A DNA stretch of 55,256 bases from Holophaga sp. (GTDB lineage Bacteria > Acidobacteriota > Holophagae > Holophagales > Holophagaceae), in contig JAYREN010000001.1 in NCBI GenBank assembly GCA_041908845.1, positions 1-55,256 of the forward strand. The letters run 5' to 3'. Positions within the stretch are counted from its first letter, which is position 1. Each line of letters starts with the position of its first letter. Under the pieces are notes generated by a model. It was not told where the DNA came from. It did no database searches and saw nothing but the letters and a program-made list of their open reading frames with translations. Of the stretch, positions 8,138-17,450 are shown in pieces. The position numbers and the translations under genes were made by a program.

Positions 8138-10491
8138 GGCGTCCTGCCGTTGCCAGAGACCACATTGGCCCCGAGGACACCCTGGGCACCGGAGCCTTGG
8201 TAGATGCCGTACCGCGTGTTGCCCGTGACTGTGTTGCCGGTGATGGTGTAGTTGGTGATCGTGGGATCCAGGTAGATGCCGTCGCCCTGGGTGCCGGTGA
8301 TGGTGTTGCCGGTGACCGTGGTGCTGTCGGCTTCGTCCCGCAGCCTCAGGCCCCAGTTCTTGTTGTCCCGCATCACGTTGTTGGTGACGCGATGGCCCGC
8401 GGTGTTGGAGATCTCGCAGCCGCCGCCGCCCGGCATGCCGTTGGCCGCGTTGAAGCCATTGCCCACCATTACGTTGCCGTCGATCAGGACGTTCTTGACG
8501 AAGGCGATGCCGCGATCCTTCAAGGCCAGGCCGTTCTGGATGCCGCCACCGGAGTTGTTGGTGAAGGTGCAGCCCAGGATCTGCATGTTGGCCACGGTCT
8601 CGCCCGCGTTGGGCTCGATGTCGATGCCGGCCTCGGGCAGGGTGCCCTGGGTGTTCTTGAAGGTGGAGTTCCGTACCACCACCCCATCGGCGTAGACCAC
8701 AGAGAGGCCCTGGCGGCGGTTGTGGTCGGCCACAACGTTGCAGAGAGTGATGTTGGTGCTGCCGGCGGAGCCTCCGATGTAGAACCCGTCGCCCCAGCAT
8801 TCCTTGGCAGTCACACCCTCGATGTAGACATCCTGCGAACTGGCCACGAAGATCCCCATGCCAGATTCGCCGCCGGTACCCGTGTGAGCACTCCGTTCAC
8901 CTTCGATCGTACCGCCGATGATGTTGACGTTGCTGACCCGGGGGAGGAACAGGACAGAATAGCCCCCCGAGGCATTCGGGATGGCCTTCAGCACCGCAGC
9001 GGAGCTCATACGGAAGGTCATGTTGCTGCGCAGTTGGAGGCCCTTGCCGCTGTTGAGGATGGCGTTGATCATGTAGGTGCCGTCGGGGACCAGGAGGGTA
9101 CCGCCGGTGCCGGCCACGACTTCGATAGCGGCCTGGATCGCGGCAGTGTCATCGGCGATGCCATCGCCCTTGGCGCCGTAGGTCTTGACGCTCACCACCA
9201 GGGGTGAGGTGGGGGCCGGAGCGCAGCCGCCCTGGACCGCCTGCACCGTCACGACGGCGGAAGCCTGCTTGGTGGTGTCGGCGGCGCTTGTGGCCGTCAG
9301 GGTATGGCTGCCCGCAGTCGCCGGAGCCGTGTAGGTGACAGTGTTCCCCGTCCCCGTTATGGTGCCCACCGTGGTATTACCATCGGCCACACCATCCACC
9401 TTCCAGGTGACATCGGTGTTTGGCGAACCCGAAACCGTAGCGGTGAAAGGCTGCGCGCTGCCCACCGCGAGGTTGGCGGAGGTGGAGCTGAGTGTCACTG
9501 ATACTACGGCCGGAGGGGGCGGTGGGGCCGTCACAGTGATCGAGGCCGTGGCGGTCTTGCTGGTGTCGGCGGCGCTGGTGGCCGTCAGGGTGTGGCTGCC
9601 AGCACTTGCCGGGGCCGTATAGGTGATGGTGCTTCCCGTCCCCGTGATCGTTCCCACGGTGCTGTTGCCATTGGCCACACCATCCACCTTCCAGGTGACC
9701 GCAATGTTGGACGAACCCGAGACCGTGGCGGTAAAGGGCTGCGTGCTGCCTGCCGCGAGGGTTGCAGAGGTGGAGCTTAGCGCCACCGAAACCACGGCGG
9801 GCGGCGGCGGCGGTGGTGGCGGAGGGGCCGTCACGGTGATCGAAGCCGTGGCGCTCTTGCTGGTGTCCGCCACACTGGTGGCTCGCAGGGTATAGATGCC
9901 CACGACTGCCGGGGCCTTATAGCTGACGCTGCTCCCACTGCCCGCAATGGTTCCCACGGCCGTGTTGCCATTCGTGACGCCATCCACGGACCAGACCACG
10001 GACGTATTGGTTGTACCCGATACGGAGGCATTGAAGGTCAACGATGCCCCGGTCACCAGGCTGCCCGTACCCGGAGTCAGGCTGACGTTCACCTTGGAGC
10101 CCTTGACCCGGACCATGGCGGATCCCCGGCGCGCTGGATAGGCCGAACTCGTGGCGGTCACGACATAATCGCCCGCGTTATCCGGCGCGGTGTAGGTCAC
10201 CGTGGCGCCACTCCCGGAGAGAATTCCTACCGTCTGATTCCCGCCGACGATGTCATTCACCGCCCAGATCACCCCGGTGTTGGTGGAACCTGAAACGACG
10301 GCCGTGAACGTCTCGGTCTGGCCCGGATCTACATCTGCGGGGCCCGGACTGACCACGACATTGACCGCAGTGGCGGGATCTCCAACAACTGGAGGCACGG
10401 GCTTGTCTCCAGCACCTCCGCAACCAAACTGAGCGATCGATCCTGCAATCACCATTCCCTGAACCAAGACAACACGAGTTCCGATTCGCAT
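8134..10491 (-). CDS. Surface lipoprotein with four Ig-like repeats and a C-terminal right-handed beta-helix (Pectate_lyase_3-like) domain
   Basis: The start is taken at MRIGTRVVLVQGMVIAGSIAQFG-C, a lipobox-like signal. Four repeats of about 90 aa follow (...TFTA.VSGS.N..V.W.V......N..VG.I.G.G..V.Y.AP...G...L.ATS...), separated by poly-Pro linkers. The C-terminal part has VKTYGAKGDGIADDTAAIQAAI plus repeated G/N/T-rich beta-helix turns. Confidence 0.85.
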   Translation of the reverse strand: MRIGTRVVLVQGMVIAGSIAQFGCGGAGDKPVPPVVGDPATAVNVVVSPGPADVDPGQTETFTAVVSGSTNTGVIWAVNDIVGGNQTVGILSGSGATVTYTAPDNAGDYVVTATSSAYPARRGSAMVRVKGSKVNVSLTPGTGSLVTGASLTFNASVSGTTNTSVVWSVDGVTNGNTAVGTIAGSGSSVSYKAPAVVGIYTLRATSVADTSKSATASITVTAPPPPPPPPPAVVSVALSSTSATLAAGSTQPFTATVSGSSNIAVTWKVDGVANGNSTVGTITGTGSTITYTAPASAGSHTLTATSAADTSKTATASITVTAPPPPPAVVSVTLSSTSANLAVGSAQPFTATVSGSPNTDVTWKVDGVADGNTTVGTITGTGNTVTYTAPATAGSHTLTATSAADTTKQASAVVTVQAVQGGCAPAPTSPLVVSVKTYGAKGDGIADDTAAIQAAIEVVAGTGGTLLVPDGTYMINAILNSGKGLQLRSNMTFRMSSAAVLKAIPNASGGYSVLFLPRVSNVNIIGGTIEGERSAHTGTGGESGMGIFVASSQDVYIEGVTAKECWGDGFYIGGSAGSTNITLCNVVADHNRRQGLSVVYADGVVVRNSTFKNTQGTLPEAGIDIEPNAGETVANMQILGCTFTNNSGGGIQNGLALKDRGIAFVKNVLIDGNVMVGNGFNAANGMPGGGGCEISNTAGHRVTNNVMRDNKNWGLRLRDEADSTTVTGNTITGTQGDGIYLDPTITNYTITGNTVTGNTRYGIYQGSGAQGVLGANVVSGNGRTP
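9241..9798 (-). repeat. Two near-identical tandem coding repeats of about 288 bp (Ig-like repeats 3 and 4), each preceded by a CCN/GGN poly-Pro tract
   Basis: AVVSVALSSTSATLAAGSTQPFTATVSGSSNIAVTWKVDGVANGNSTVGTITGTGSTITYTAPASAGSHTLTATSAADTSKTATASITVTAPPPPP compares with AVVSVTLSSTSANLAVGSAQPFTATVSGSPNTDVTWKVDGVADGNTTVGTITGTGNTVTYTAPATAGSHTLTATSAADTTKQASAVVTV. Confidence 0.85.
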
Positions 10492-10578
10492 AACCACCTC
10501 CGTCCGCCGTAGGTGCAACGGAGATGCCGCGAGAACCACGATGGGCCAATCGCTGTAACGGCCTTTAATTCAATACAT

Positions 10579-10610
10579 AAAAACAGCCCCCGGGTCGGTC
10601 CGGAAGGCTG
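10579..10610 (-). terminator. Putative intrinsic terminator downstream of the sigma-54 response regulator gene
   Basis: On the minus strand an imperfect GC-rich hairpin (CAGCC...GGCTG outer stem) is followed by TTTTT, 24 nt after the stop codon. Confidence 0.45.
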
Positions 10611-10633
10611 AGTCTGAATTCTGGATCCAGATT

Positions 10634-11989
10634 CTAGAATCTGGACGGCTCGGGACCGTAAGCCTTCAGCTTTTGGTAGAGGGTGCTTCGGGGGATATCC
10701 AGGCGGCGGGCGGCCCGATCCACGTGGCCCCCCTCCTCGTTGAGAATCTGGACGATGTGGTGGCGCTCCAGCTCCTTGAGGGTCATATGCGAAAAGCGAT
10801 CCTCGACCCGGCTCTGGGGGCTGGCGGCGAAATCCAGATCCAACTCATCGATTTCAGAGGTCTTGACACCCATCAGGGCACGCTCCAGGACATTCCTCAA
10901 TTCCCGGATATTGCCGGGCCATCCATGCTTCTGCAGCTTTTCCAGGGCCCCCCGGGTGAGATGGATGGGCTCTCTGCCACATTCCCGGGTGAGGCGATCC
11001 AGGAGCCGCTGGGAGAAATTCGGGATGTCCTCGGCCCGGTCCCGCAGAGGGGGGACCTGAAGCTGGATGGCGCTGATGCGATAGAAGAGGTCCGCCCTGA
11101 AAAGTTGCTCCTCCACCAGCCTTTCCAGCTTCTGGTGGGTGGCGGCGATCATGCGGAAGTCGACCTTTCGATCCTGAACGGCGCCCAGGCGGCGAAACCG
11201 TTTTTCCTCGAGTGCCTTCAGCAGTTTCGGCTGGATCTGGAGATCCATGTCTCCGATCTCATCCAGAAAGATCGTGCCCCGATGGGCCGCCTCCAACAGC
11301 CCAATCTTGGTGCCGACCGCCCCGGTGAAGGCGCCCTTCTCGTGGCCGAACAACTCCGTTTCCAGGAATTCCTTGGTGAAGCCTCCGCAGTTGAGCTCCA
11401 GCATGGGCTCCGCGGCCCTCGAGCTGTTCCGGCGCAGCCATCTCGCCAGCTCGCTCTTACCCGTTCCCGTCTCGCCCTGGATGAGGATGGGGCTCTCCGT
11501 GGCCGCTGCCAGCCGGGCCTGCTCCTCCAGCTTGAGGATCGCCGCGCTGGAACCGATGAAGGGGTCCACAGCCTGCTGGGGCTGCTCGCGGGAATCCCGC
11601 GCCAACTGCTTGCGGCGGTTGCGCTGGTTCTCGAGCACCCGATCCAGAACCACCATGAGGGCAGGCAGGTCGAGGGGCTTTACCAGGAATTGCTCGGCCC
11701 CCAGCTGGATCGCCCGCACCGCCAGTTCGATACTGGCGTGGGCCGTGAGCAGGATGATGGGCACGCCGGCATCGATCGCCTTCAACCGGGGGAGCAGATC
11801 CAGGGAGTTGCCATCCGGCAGGGAGTAGTCCAGGGTCACCGCATCGTAGACATCCGCCCGGTACTTGATTTCCGCCTCGGCGCAGCTTTCGGCCTCGTCC
11901 ACGATGTGGCCGTGGAGCTCCAGGAAATCGCGGATGGCGAAGAGGGTGATCTCGTCATCATCCACCACCAGGATTTTCGCCTTCGCCAT
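10634..11989 (-). CDS. Sigma-54-dependent response regulator (NtrC family: REC + AAA+ + Fis-type HTH)
   Basis: The product has a REC domain (KILVVDDDE, LDYSLPDGN) and an AAA+ domain (Walker A GETGTGKS, GAFTGA loop in EKGAFTGAV, Walker B FLDEIGD). The C-terminal HTH is AARRLDIPRSTLYQKLK. Confidence 0.95.
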   Translation of the reverse strand: MAKAKILVVDDDEITLFAIRDFLELHGHIVDEAESCAEAEIKYRADVYDAVTLDYSLPDGNSLDLLPRLKAIDAGVPIILLTAHASIELAVRAIQLGAEQFLVKPLDLPALMVVLDRVLENQRNRRKQLARDSREQPQQAVDPFIGSSAAILKLEEQARLAAATESPILIQGETGTGKSELARWLRRNSSRAAEPMLELNCGGFTKEFLETELFGHEKGAFTGAVGTKIGLLEAAHRGTIFLDEIGDMDLQIQPKLLKALEEKRFRRLGAVQDRKVDFRMIAATHQKLERLVEEQLFRADLFYRISAIQLQVPPLRDRAEDIPNFSQRLLDRLTRECGREPIHLTRGALEKLQKHGWPGNIRELRNVLERALMGVKTSEIDELDLDFAASPQSRVEDRFSHMTLKELERHHIVQILNEEGGHVDRAARRLDIPRSTLYQKLKAYGPEPSRF

Positions 11990-12022
11990 GGACCCTCCGG
12001 GTCGAACGGGAGCCGAGGTGGC

Positions 12023-13129
12023 TCAGATTGCCGGCAGCGAGAAACGGATCGCCACGCCTCCCCGTGGGCTGAGGCCCGCCAGCAGCTCACCTCCATGCGC
12101 CTCCAGGATTCGGCGGGCGACGGGCAGCGCAAGCCGCCCCAGGCCCGCAGGTCGGTAATAGAAGGGCTCGAAGAGCCTGGTGGGATCCAGATCGCCCAAT
12201 TCCAACGGCGCCTCCAGGCGACCCTGAATCCGAGCCTGGCCTGGCTCACCGACAACTCCCACGAGGATCTCGACCGGACCAGAGCCTTGGAACTGGAGGG
12301 CGAGATCCATCAGATGAATGAAGGCCAGGCGCAGCCCCTCTGCATCGCCTCGCAGCGCGGGCAAGGCCCCCTCGGTCCGGAGCACCGGGTGGTTCCCGGC
12401 ATCTCCGGCTTTCGCCCTGTGGTGTTCGCAGGCCTCCCGCAGAACGGCTTCCAGGGAGAGTTCCGCCCAGGGTCGCCTGCCCGGATCCCCGTATTCCAGC
12501 AGCTCATCGACAAAGACCCCCAGGCGGTCGAGGCTCTTCCGAATGTTCGCCTGGAATTTGACGGTCTCGGCCTGGCCCTGGAACCGTGCCTCGAAGGCAT
12601 CGAGGCTGGCGGAAATGCCAAAGATGAAATTCCGCAACTCATGCACAAGTCCTGGCACGAAAGACGCGCCCGAGGGGCCTCGGCCCAGGGACCGCCGTTC
12701 CTCTTCGGAGCGCACCGGGACGAAGCTCCCCAACTGGGTCACCAGCCGCTGGAGCCCCGCACGCTCCCCCGCCAAGAGAGGTTCGGGCGACTGGGCCAGG
12801 ACAAACAAGTTGCCGAGGCTCTCCCTCTCCCCGTAGGAGAACACCTCCAGCAACCAAAGCCCCTCCCGCCCCTGTCTCGCCTGGCCTGCTCCGCTTTCAG
12901 ACAAAGGGATGGTCGCTTCCAGCTCCCTTTTCTTGGCCTCCCGGAGTTCGGCGCTGGCATGCCAGACGCCCGAGCCTTCGCGCAGCGCAAGGATCCGGTT
13001 CGCGCCCAGAAAAGCTGCTGCCAGGGCCATCCATGCCTCGGGCCCCGACCCGCGGGGGGCATCTTTCGAGGGCCATTCTCCAGGGGGAGCCGCGCCGTTC
13101 TTGATCGAGAATCGAGCCTTCGGATCCAC
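12023..13129 (-). CDS. Cytoplasmic sensor histidine kinase (GAF/PAS-like N-terminus), cognate of the downstream NtrC-type regulator
   Basis: The H-box region is VHELRNFIFGISASL and the HATPase end is ARRILEAHGGELLAGLSPRGGVAIRFSLP. No TM segments are seen. A 33-nt gap separates it from the response regulator gene. The start (GTG at 13129) is uncertain. Confidence 0.75.
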   Translation of the reverse strand: MDPKARFSIKNGAAPPGEWPSKDAPRGSGPEAWMALAAAFLGANRILALREGSGVWHASAELREAKKRELEATIPLSESGAGQARQGREGLWLLEVFSYGERESLGNLFVLAQSPEPLLAGERAGLQRLVTQLGSFVPVRSEEERRSLGRGPSGASFVPGLVHELRNFIFGISASLDAFEARFQGQAETVKFQANIRKSLDRLGVFVDELLEYGDPGRRPWAELSLEAVLREACEHHRAKAGDAGNHPVLRTEGALPALRGDAEGLRLAFIHLMDLALQFQGSGPVEILVGVVGEPGQARIQGRLEAPLELGDLDPTRLFEPFYYRPAGLGRLALPVARRILEAHGGELLAGLSPRGGVAIRFSLPAI

Positions 13130-13268
13130 GGGGCATCTCTCCGTACTGGTAGGTGAATCTTACGCCAATCTGAATTCGGATCGTTAAATTCCGCGAATGG
13201 ATCACACGGATATCGACATCCACGTTACCCCGGCTGGAATGGTGTAATCTAACCCCGAGGTTGATGAA

Positions 13269-14417
13269 ATGAAGGTTGGTTTTTTCATATGGGCCCTGAA
13301 GCCTGCCGGTGCGGAACGAGTGCTGTCCATCCTCGCCAACGCCTGGGCTGCGCGTGGTTGGGACGTGGTCGTGTTCACCATGGACGCCCCGGACGCCACC
13401 TCCTTCTATCCCCTCGCACCCTCCATCGAACTGCGCCACCTGAACCTTCTGCGGAGCAGCGGCGGCTCCATGGTGTCCGCACTCACCAACAACCTCACTC
13501 GCATCCGGTCACTGCGGTCGGTGCTGGTGGAAACGCGTCCGGATGTCGTCGTTTCCTTCATCGACAAGACCAACATCGTGGCCCTCCTGGCGAGCCGAGG
13601 CCTGGGCCTGCCCGTGATCATCTCCGAGCGGACGGATCCCTCCAGGCGTTCCATCGGGCGCCTCTGGGACACGCTGCGAAGGCTCACCTACCCCTTCGCC
13701 GATGGCGTCGTCTTCCAGTCCCAGGCCGTTGCCGACTGGTTTTCTTCTCGCATCACTCGACGCGGCATGGTCATTCCCAATCCCGTACCCGCCCCGCCCG
13801 CTGCGAGTGGGCCACTCCCGAAGGACCCCGAAAAACCCCGCGTGGTCACCATGGGGCGGCTCGTGCCCGTGAAGGGCTTTGATGTCCTCATTGAAGCCTT
13901 CGCCGCCATCCAAAACCAGGTGCCGACCTGGTGCCTCGAGATGTGGGGCGCGGGTCCCGAACTGGAGCCCCTCAAGCAGCGAGCCAAAGATCTGGGTGTG
14001 TCCGAGCGAATCCATTTCTGTGGCGTCACCCAACAGCCCTTCGAGATGCTGCGCCAGGGGGATCTCTTCGTCATGTCCTCCCATGCCGAGGGTTTTCCCA
14101 ATGCCCTCGTGGAGGCCATGGCCTGTGGGCTTCCCGTCATCAGTACCCGGTTTGGCGGCGCGGCCGAAGACATTATCCAGGACGGTGAGAACGGCCTATT
14201 GGTGCCTCCTGCCGACCCGAAGGCCCTGGCCGAAGCCATGCTGAAGCTCATGCTTGATCCCGCCGCGCGCTCCCGTCTCAGCGCCCGGGCCACGGGCGTC
14301 GTCCAGCGCTTCTCCACCGAGCGGGTACTCGCCCTCTGGGACGAGGCGATTGACCGTGCCGTGAGCCGCAGGTCGGGAAAAACCCGAGCCTCGCGCATGA
14401 CCCTTCCGGCCCAGTAG
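13269..14417 (+). CDS. Glycosyltransferase family 4 (GT-B)
   Basis: The N-terminus is MKVGFFIWALKPAGAERV. The C-terminal GT1/GT4 signature is DLFVMSSHAEGFPNALVEAMACGLPVISTRFGG...GENGLLV. Confidence 0.85.
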   Translation: MKVGFFIWALKPAGAERVLSILANAWAARGWDVVVFTMDAPDATSFYPLAPSIELRHLNLLRSSGGSMVSALTNNLTRIRSLRSVLVETRPDVVVSFIDKTNIVALLASRGLGLPVIISERTDPSRRSIGRLWDTLRRLTYPFADGVVFQSQAVADWFSSRITRRGMVIPNPVPAPPAASGPLPKDPEKPRVVTMGRLVPVKGFDVLIEAFAAIQNQVPTWCLEMWGAGPELEPLKQRAKDLGVSERIHFCGVTQQPFEMLRQGDLFVMSSHAEGFPNALVEAMACGLPVISTRFGGAAEDIIQDGENGLLVPPADPKALAEAMLKLMLDPAARSRLSARATGVVQRFSTERVLALWDEAIDRAVSRRSGKTRASRMTLPAQ

Positions 14418-14419
14418 AT

Positions 14420-14965
14420 TTAGGCGTCTTCCTTGAGCGGCTGAGTACGCCCGCCCTTGCGGGTCATCTTCAGTAGGAAGGTTCGCTTGTCCCGCTTGTA
14501 CTCCGCTTCGTCATAGTCCGGAGTCGCGGCCAGCGACCACTCCGCGTACTGCTCGATGGACATGATGGGCTTGGCCGGATTACCAGAGGCCAGGACATTG
14601 GGCGGAATGGTGCGCGTCACCACGGAGCCCGCGGCGATCACTGAATTGGGGCCAATGGTGACCCCCGGCATGATCATGACCCGCTGGCCCAGAAGGCAGT
14701 TGTCCATGATGTTGATGCGACCGTACTTGATCACCTTTCTATACCGCTCTTGGTGTCGGAACACATGGGTTCCACCGTCATGGGTGATGAAGACCACGCC
14801 ATCGGCGATGCCGACATGCTTGCCGATGGTGATCAAGTAGGGCTCGGAGCCGAAGTCTGGAAGGCTCATGAAGTCGCAGTCATCGGCGATGGTGAGCCCC
14901 TGCCTGCGCAGCCTCCAGATCTTGAGGTCGAGCCAGAGATCCGCGAGCCAGTACAGCAACATCAT
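14420..14965 (-). CDS. Hexapeptide-repeat (left-handed beta-helix) sugar O/N-acetyltransferase
   Basis: The track ORF starts at TTG 14995; the first ATG pair (MMLLYWL) is at 14965. Hexapeptide repeats are IMDNCLLGQRVMIMPGVTIGPNSVIAAGSVVTRTIPPNVLASGNPAK. Confidence 0.8.
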   Translation of the reverse strand: MMLLYWLADLWLDLKIWRLRRQGLTIADDCDFMSLPDFGSEPYLITIGKHVGIADGVVFITHDGGTHVFRHQERYRKVIKYGRINIMDNCLLGQRVMIMPGVTIGPNSVIAAGSVVTRTIPPNVLASGNPAKPIMSIEQYAEWSLAATPDYDEAEYKRDKRTFLLKMTRKGGRTQPLKEDA

Positions 14966-15023
14966 GGGAACCCCAATCCGCAAGCCGCTGGGCAACCCAC
15001 TCCAGCGAGGGATGAACGACTTT

Positions 15024-16154
15024 TCACTTCAGGAGTGCTGAATATACATTCAGGTATTTCTCCGCCACGATGTCAACCCGGTAGTTGGACTGCACCCGGT
15101 GAAGGGCGGCCTGACCCAAGGCCAGCCGTTCTGTATCTGGCAAGGACAGCACTTCCCGAAGGGCGCTTGCCAGCGCATTGGAATCCGAGGGCGGCACGGC
15201 ACGGCCCGTCTCCGCAACGATCAGCCGGGAATCACCCACATCCGTCACCACGCATGGCACCGCACAGGCCATCGCCTCGCCCAGCACGCTCGGGAAGGCC
15301 TCGCCGATGGACGAAGAACAGGCCACATCGAGGGCAGCATTGATCCGGGGCATGTCTCGGCGCAGCCCCAGAAGGTGGACCCGGCTGAGGTCCAACCCCT
15401 CGGTCCATTCGACGACCTGGGGCGTCTCCAGCGTCATGCCCGCGCCACAGAGAAGGGCATGCACGGGATGCCCGTTGATCTCCGCAGGCAGTTCACCCCA
15501 GGCCTTGAAGAAATTACCGTGGTCCTTGAGGGGATCGAGGCGCCCCACCAGGCCCACCAGCAGGGCGTTCTCCGGAATGCCGAGGGCCGTCCGCAGGGCC
15601 ATTCTAGCCTCCGGATCGGGGCGGAAGAGATCGAGATCGAAGCCGTTGGGGATGACCACCATCCGATCGGCGTCGTAGCCGAGCTTCGCATGGACCGCCC
15701 TGGAGGCCTCGGAACAGCAGACGATCTTCCGGGGAAGCCGACGGGACAGCCGAGCGCAGAGCCTGGCGATGCCCAGCGTCATGCGGCGGTTCATGTCCTT
15801 ATTCAGATTGCTGTGGTGGACTCCCCAGACCACGGGCGTGCGGGGTCTGAAGACCCGGGCCAGGCCCCCGAGCAGATCCGCGTGGTACATCCACGTCTGC
15901 ACAACATCCGGCTCGAAGCGGGAGAGGTGCTTGAGGAGCCGGAATAATCCCCGAGGATCCGGCACCCCCTGGCGAATGCCCAGGCAATGGACCGGCACGC
16001 CCAGCGCCTCGAATTCGGGCACCAGGGTCCCCGGCGGCAGCAGAGAGATCACCTCCATCTCGACGCCGCGCTTGAGGTGGCACCGAACCATCTTCAGCAG
16101 CATGGTCTCCGCGCCGCCCGTGTGCAGCCCCGTGATGAGATGGAGGACTCTCAA
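15024..16154 (-). CDS. Glycosyltransferase family 4 (GT-B)
   Basis: The N-terminus is MRVLHLITGLHTGGAETMLL. The C-terminal motif is SSIGEAFPSVLGEAMACAVPCVVTDVGD. Confidence 0.85.
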   Translation of the reverse strand: MRVLHLITGLHTGGAETMLLKMVRCHLKRGVEMEVISLLPPGTLVPEFEALGVPVHCLGIRQGVPDPRGLFRLLKHLSRFEPDVVQTWMYHADLLGGLARVFRPRTPVVWGVHHSNLNKDMNRRMTLGIARLCARLSRRLPRKIVCCSEASRAVHAKLGYDADRMVVIPNGFDLDLFRPDPEARMALRTALGIPENALLVGLVGRLDPLKDHGNFFKAWGELPAEINGHPVHALLCGAGMTLETPQVVEWTEGLDLSRVHLLGLRRDMPRINAALDVACSSSIGEAFPSVLGEAMACAVPCVVTDVGDSRLIVAETGRAVPPSDSNALASALREVLSLPDTERLALGQAALHRVQSNYRVDIVAEKYLNVYSALLK

Positions 16155-16185
16155 GCGGAAACCCCCAGTGCGAGACCCGCGGCCC

Positions 16186-17388
16186 TCACTTGCATGCCTC
16201 CGTCAGCACGGCGCTCACCACGTTCACCGTGTCCTCCAGGTTCTGTTCCGTGAGAGTGGGATGAACCACGAACATCAGGCTGGTCTCGCCCAGCTTCCGG
16301 GCCACGGGGAGGCGCTCCACCTGGGCGAAGGGGCTCTCGGTGAAGGCCTTCTCCAGGTATATCTCGCTGCAGCTCCCACTGAAACAGGGAATGCCACGGT
16401 CGGTGATCTCGTTCATGATCCGGTCCCGGCTCCAGCCCTCCTTCAGCCGCTCGGGTCGGACGAAGGCGTAGGCCTTGTAGGCGGCGTGACCAATCTCAGC
16501 GGGCGCAGGGGTCGTTCGGATGCAGTCGAATCGGCTCAGCGTTTCATTCAAGCGAGCCATGTTCGCCCGGCGCTGGCGGGTCCACTCCGGCAGCTTCCGA
16601 AGCTGAACGCGTCCGATCGCTGCCTGGAGCTCCGTCATCCGCCAGTTGGTGCCGAAGGAATCGTGCAGCCAGCGGAATCCCGGTTCGTGCTTGCGGTTGT
16701 ACACCGAGTCCCAGTTCTTGCCATGATCCTTGAAGCTCCAGGCTCGTTCCCAGAGCGCCCGATCATTCGTTGTGAGCATCCCGCCTTCGCCGCCGGTGGT
16801 GATGATCTTGTCCTGGCAGAAGGAGAAGGCCGCCACATGACCCAGCGAGCCTACGGGACGTCCCTTGTACGTGGCTCCGTTCGCCTGGGCGCAGTCCTCG
16901 ATCACCTTGAGGCCATGGCGATTGGCGAGCTCCATGATCGGATCCATGTCGCAGGGCCACCCCGCCAGATGGACCGCAATGATCGCCTTGGTCCTCGGAG
17001 TGATGACCCTTGCGATGGATTCTGCCGTGATGTTCTGAGTCACGGCATCCACGTCGGCCAGCACAGGGACGCAGCCCCGCATGACCGCGCAACTGGCGCT
17101 GGCGATGAATGTCCGTGGCGTCGTGATGATTTCCGCACCCGCCGGAATGCCCAGGGCGTAGATCGCGAGTTCCAGCGCCGAAGTGCCATTGCAGAGGGCG
17201 ATGGCATGGTCGCAGGCGGCGGCCTTTGCGTATTCCCTCTCGAATTCCCGCGCCTCCTGCCCGGTCCAGTAGTTGACCTGCCCACTCTCCAGGACTTTCA
17301 CCGTCGCGGCGATTTCGTCGGGAGCGTAGTAGGGCCATGGCCCAAAGGGCTGGGTGCGGCGAGAATCATAGGTTGGGGCAGAAGCCAT
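16186..17388 (-). CDS. DegT/DnrJ/EryC1/StrS-family PLP-dependent sugar aminotransferase (PglE/PseC-like)
   Basis: The product is 400 aa with CNGTSALELA, a PLP-lysine context FSFCQDKIITTGGEGGML and typical family length. Confidence 0.9.
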   Translation of the reverse strand: MASAPTYDSRRTQPFGPWPYYAPDEIAATVKVLESGQVNYWTGQEAREFEREYAKAAACDHAIALCNGTSALELAIYALGIPAGAEIITTPRTFIASASCAVMRGCVPVLADVDAVTQNITAESIARVITPRTKAIIAVHLAGWPCDMDPIMELANRHGLKVIEDCAQANGATYKGRPVGSLGHVAAFSFCQDKIITTGGEGGMLTTNDRALWERAWSFKDHGKNWDSVYNRKHEPGFRWLHDSFGTNWRMTELQAAIGRVQLRKLPEWTRQRRANMARLNETLSRFDCIRTTPAPAEIGHAAYKAYAFVRPERLKEGWSRDRIMNEITDRGIPCFSGSCSEIYLEKAFTESPFAQVERLPVARKLGETSLMFVVHPTLTEQNLEDTVNVVSAVLTEACK

Positions 17389-17450
17389 GGCGGGTCCACT
17401 CGAGGGCGTGAAGAGGGTTCGTTGAGGTGGTTGAATCCAGGCGATCGGGC

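Noticed and set aside
8134-9207. Interpretation of the beta-helix protein as a prophage tailspike or depolymerase.
   Set aside because: No phage structural, integrase or lysis genes flank it. The lipobox and Ig-repeat stalk fit a cellular surface enzyme better.
10612-10645. Polylinker-like cluster of restriction palindromes: GAATTC at 10616, GGATCC at 10623 and TCTAGA at 10633, within the 18-nt perfect palindrome CCAGATTCTAGAATCTGG.
   Set aside because: It looked like a possible cloning-vector remnant. However, it straddles the natural stop codon of the sigma-54 regulator gene in otherwise continuous chromosomal context with no vector backbone. It is more simply a hairpin at the gene's 3' end.
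10673-13156. Very long antisense or shadow ORFs in the six-frame track. Examples are the 827-aa ORF at 10673..13156 (+), 193..1095 (-), 15769..17454 (+), 20502..21731 (-), 22652..23968 (-) and 33646..35121 (+).
   Set aside because: Each lies opposite a gene with clear family motifs. Their translations are low-complexity Arg/Gly/Pro/Ala/His-rich strings with no recognisable domains. Stop-poor antisense frames are expected in high-GC DNA.
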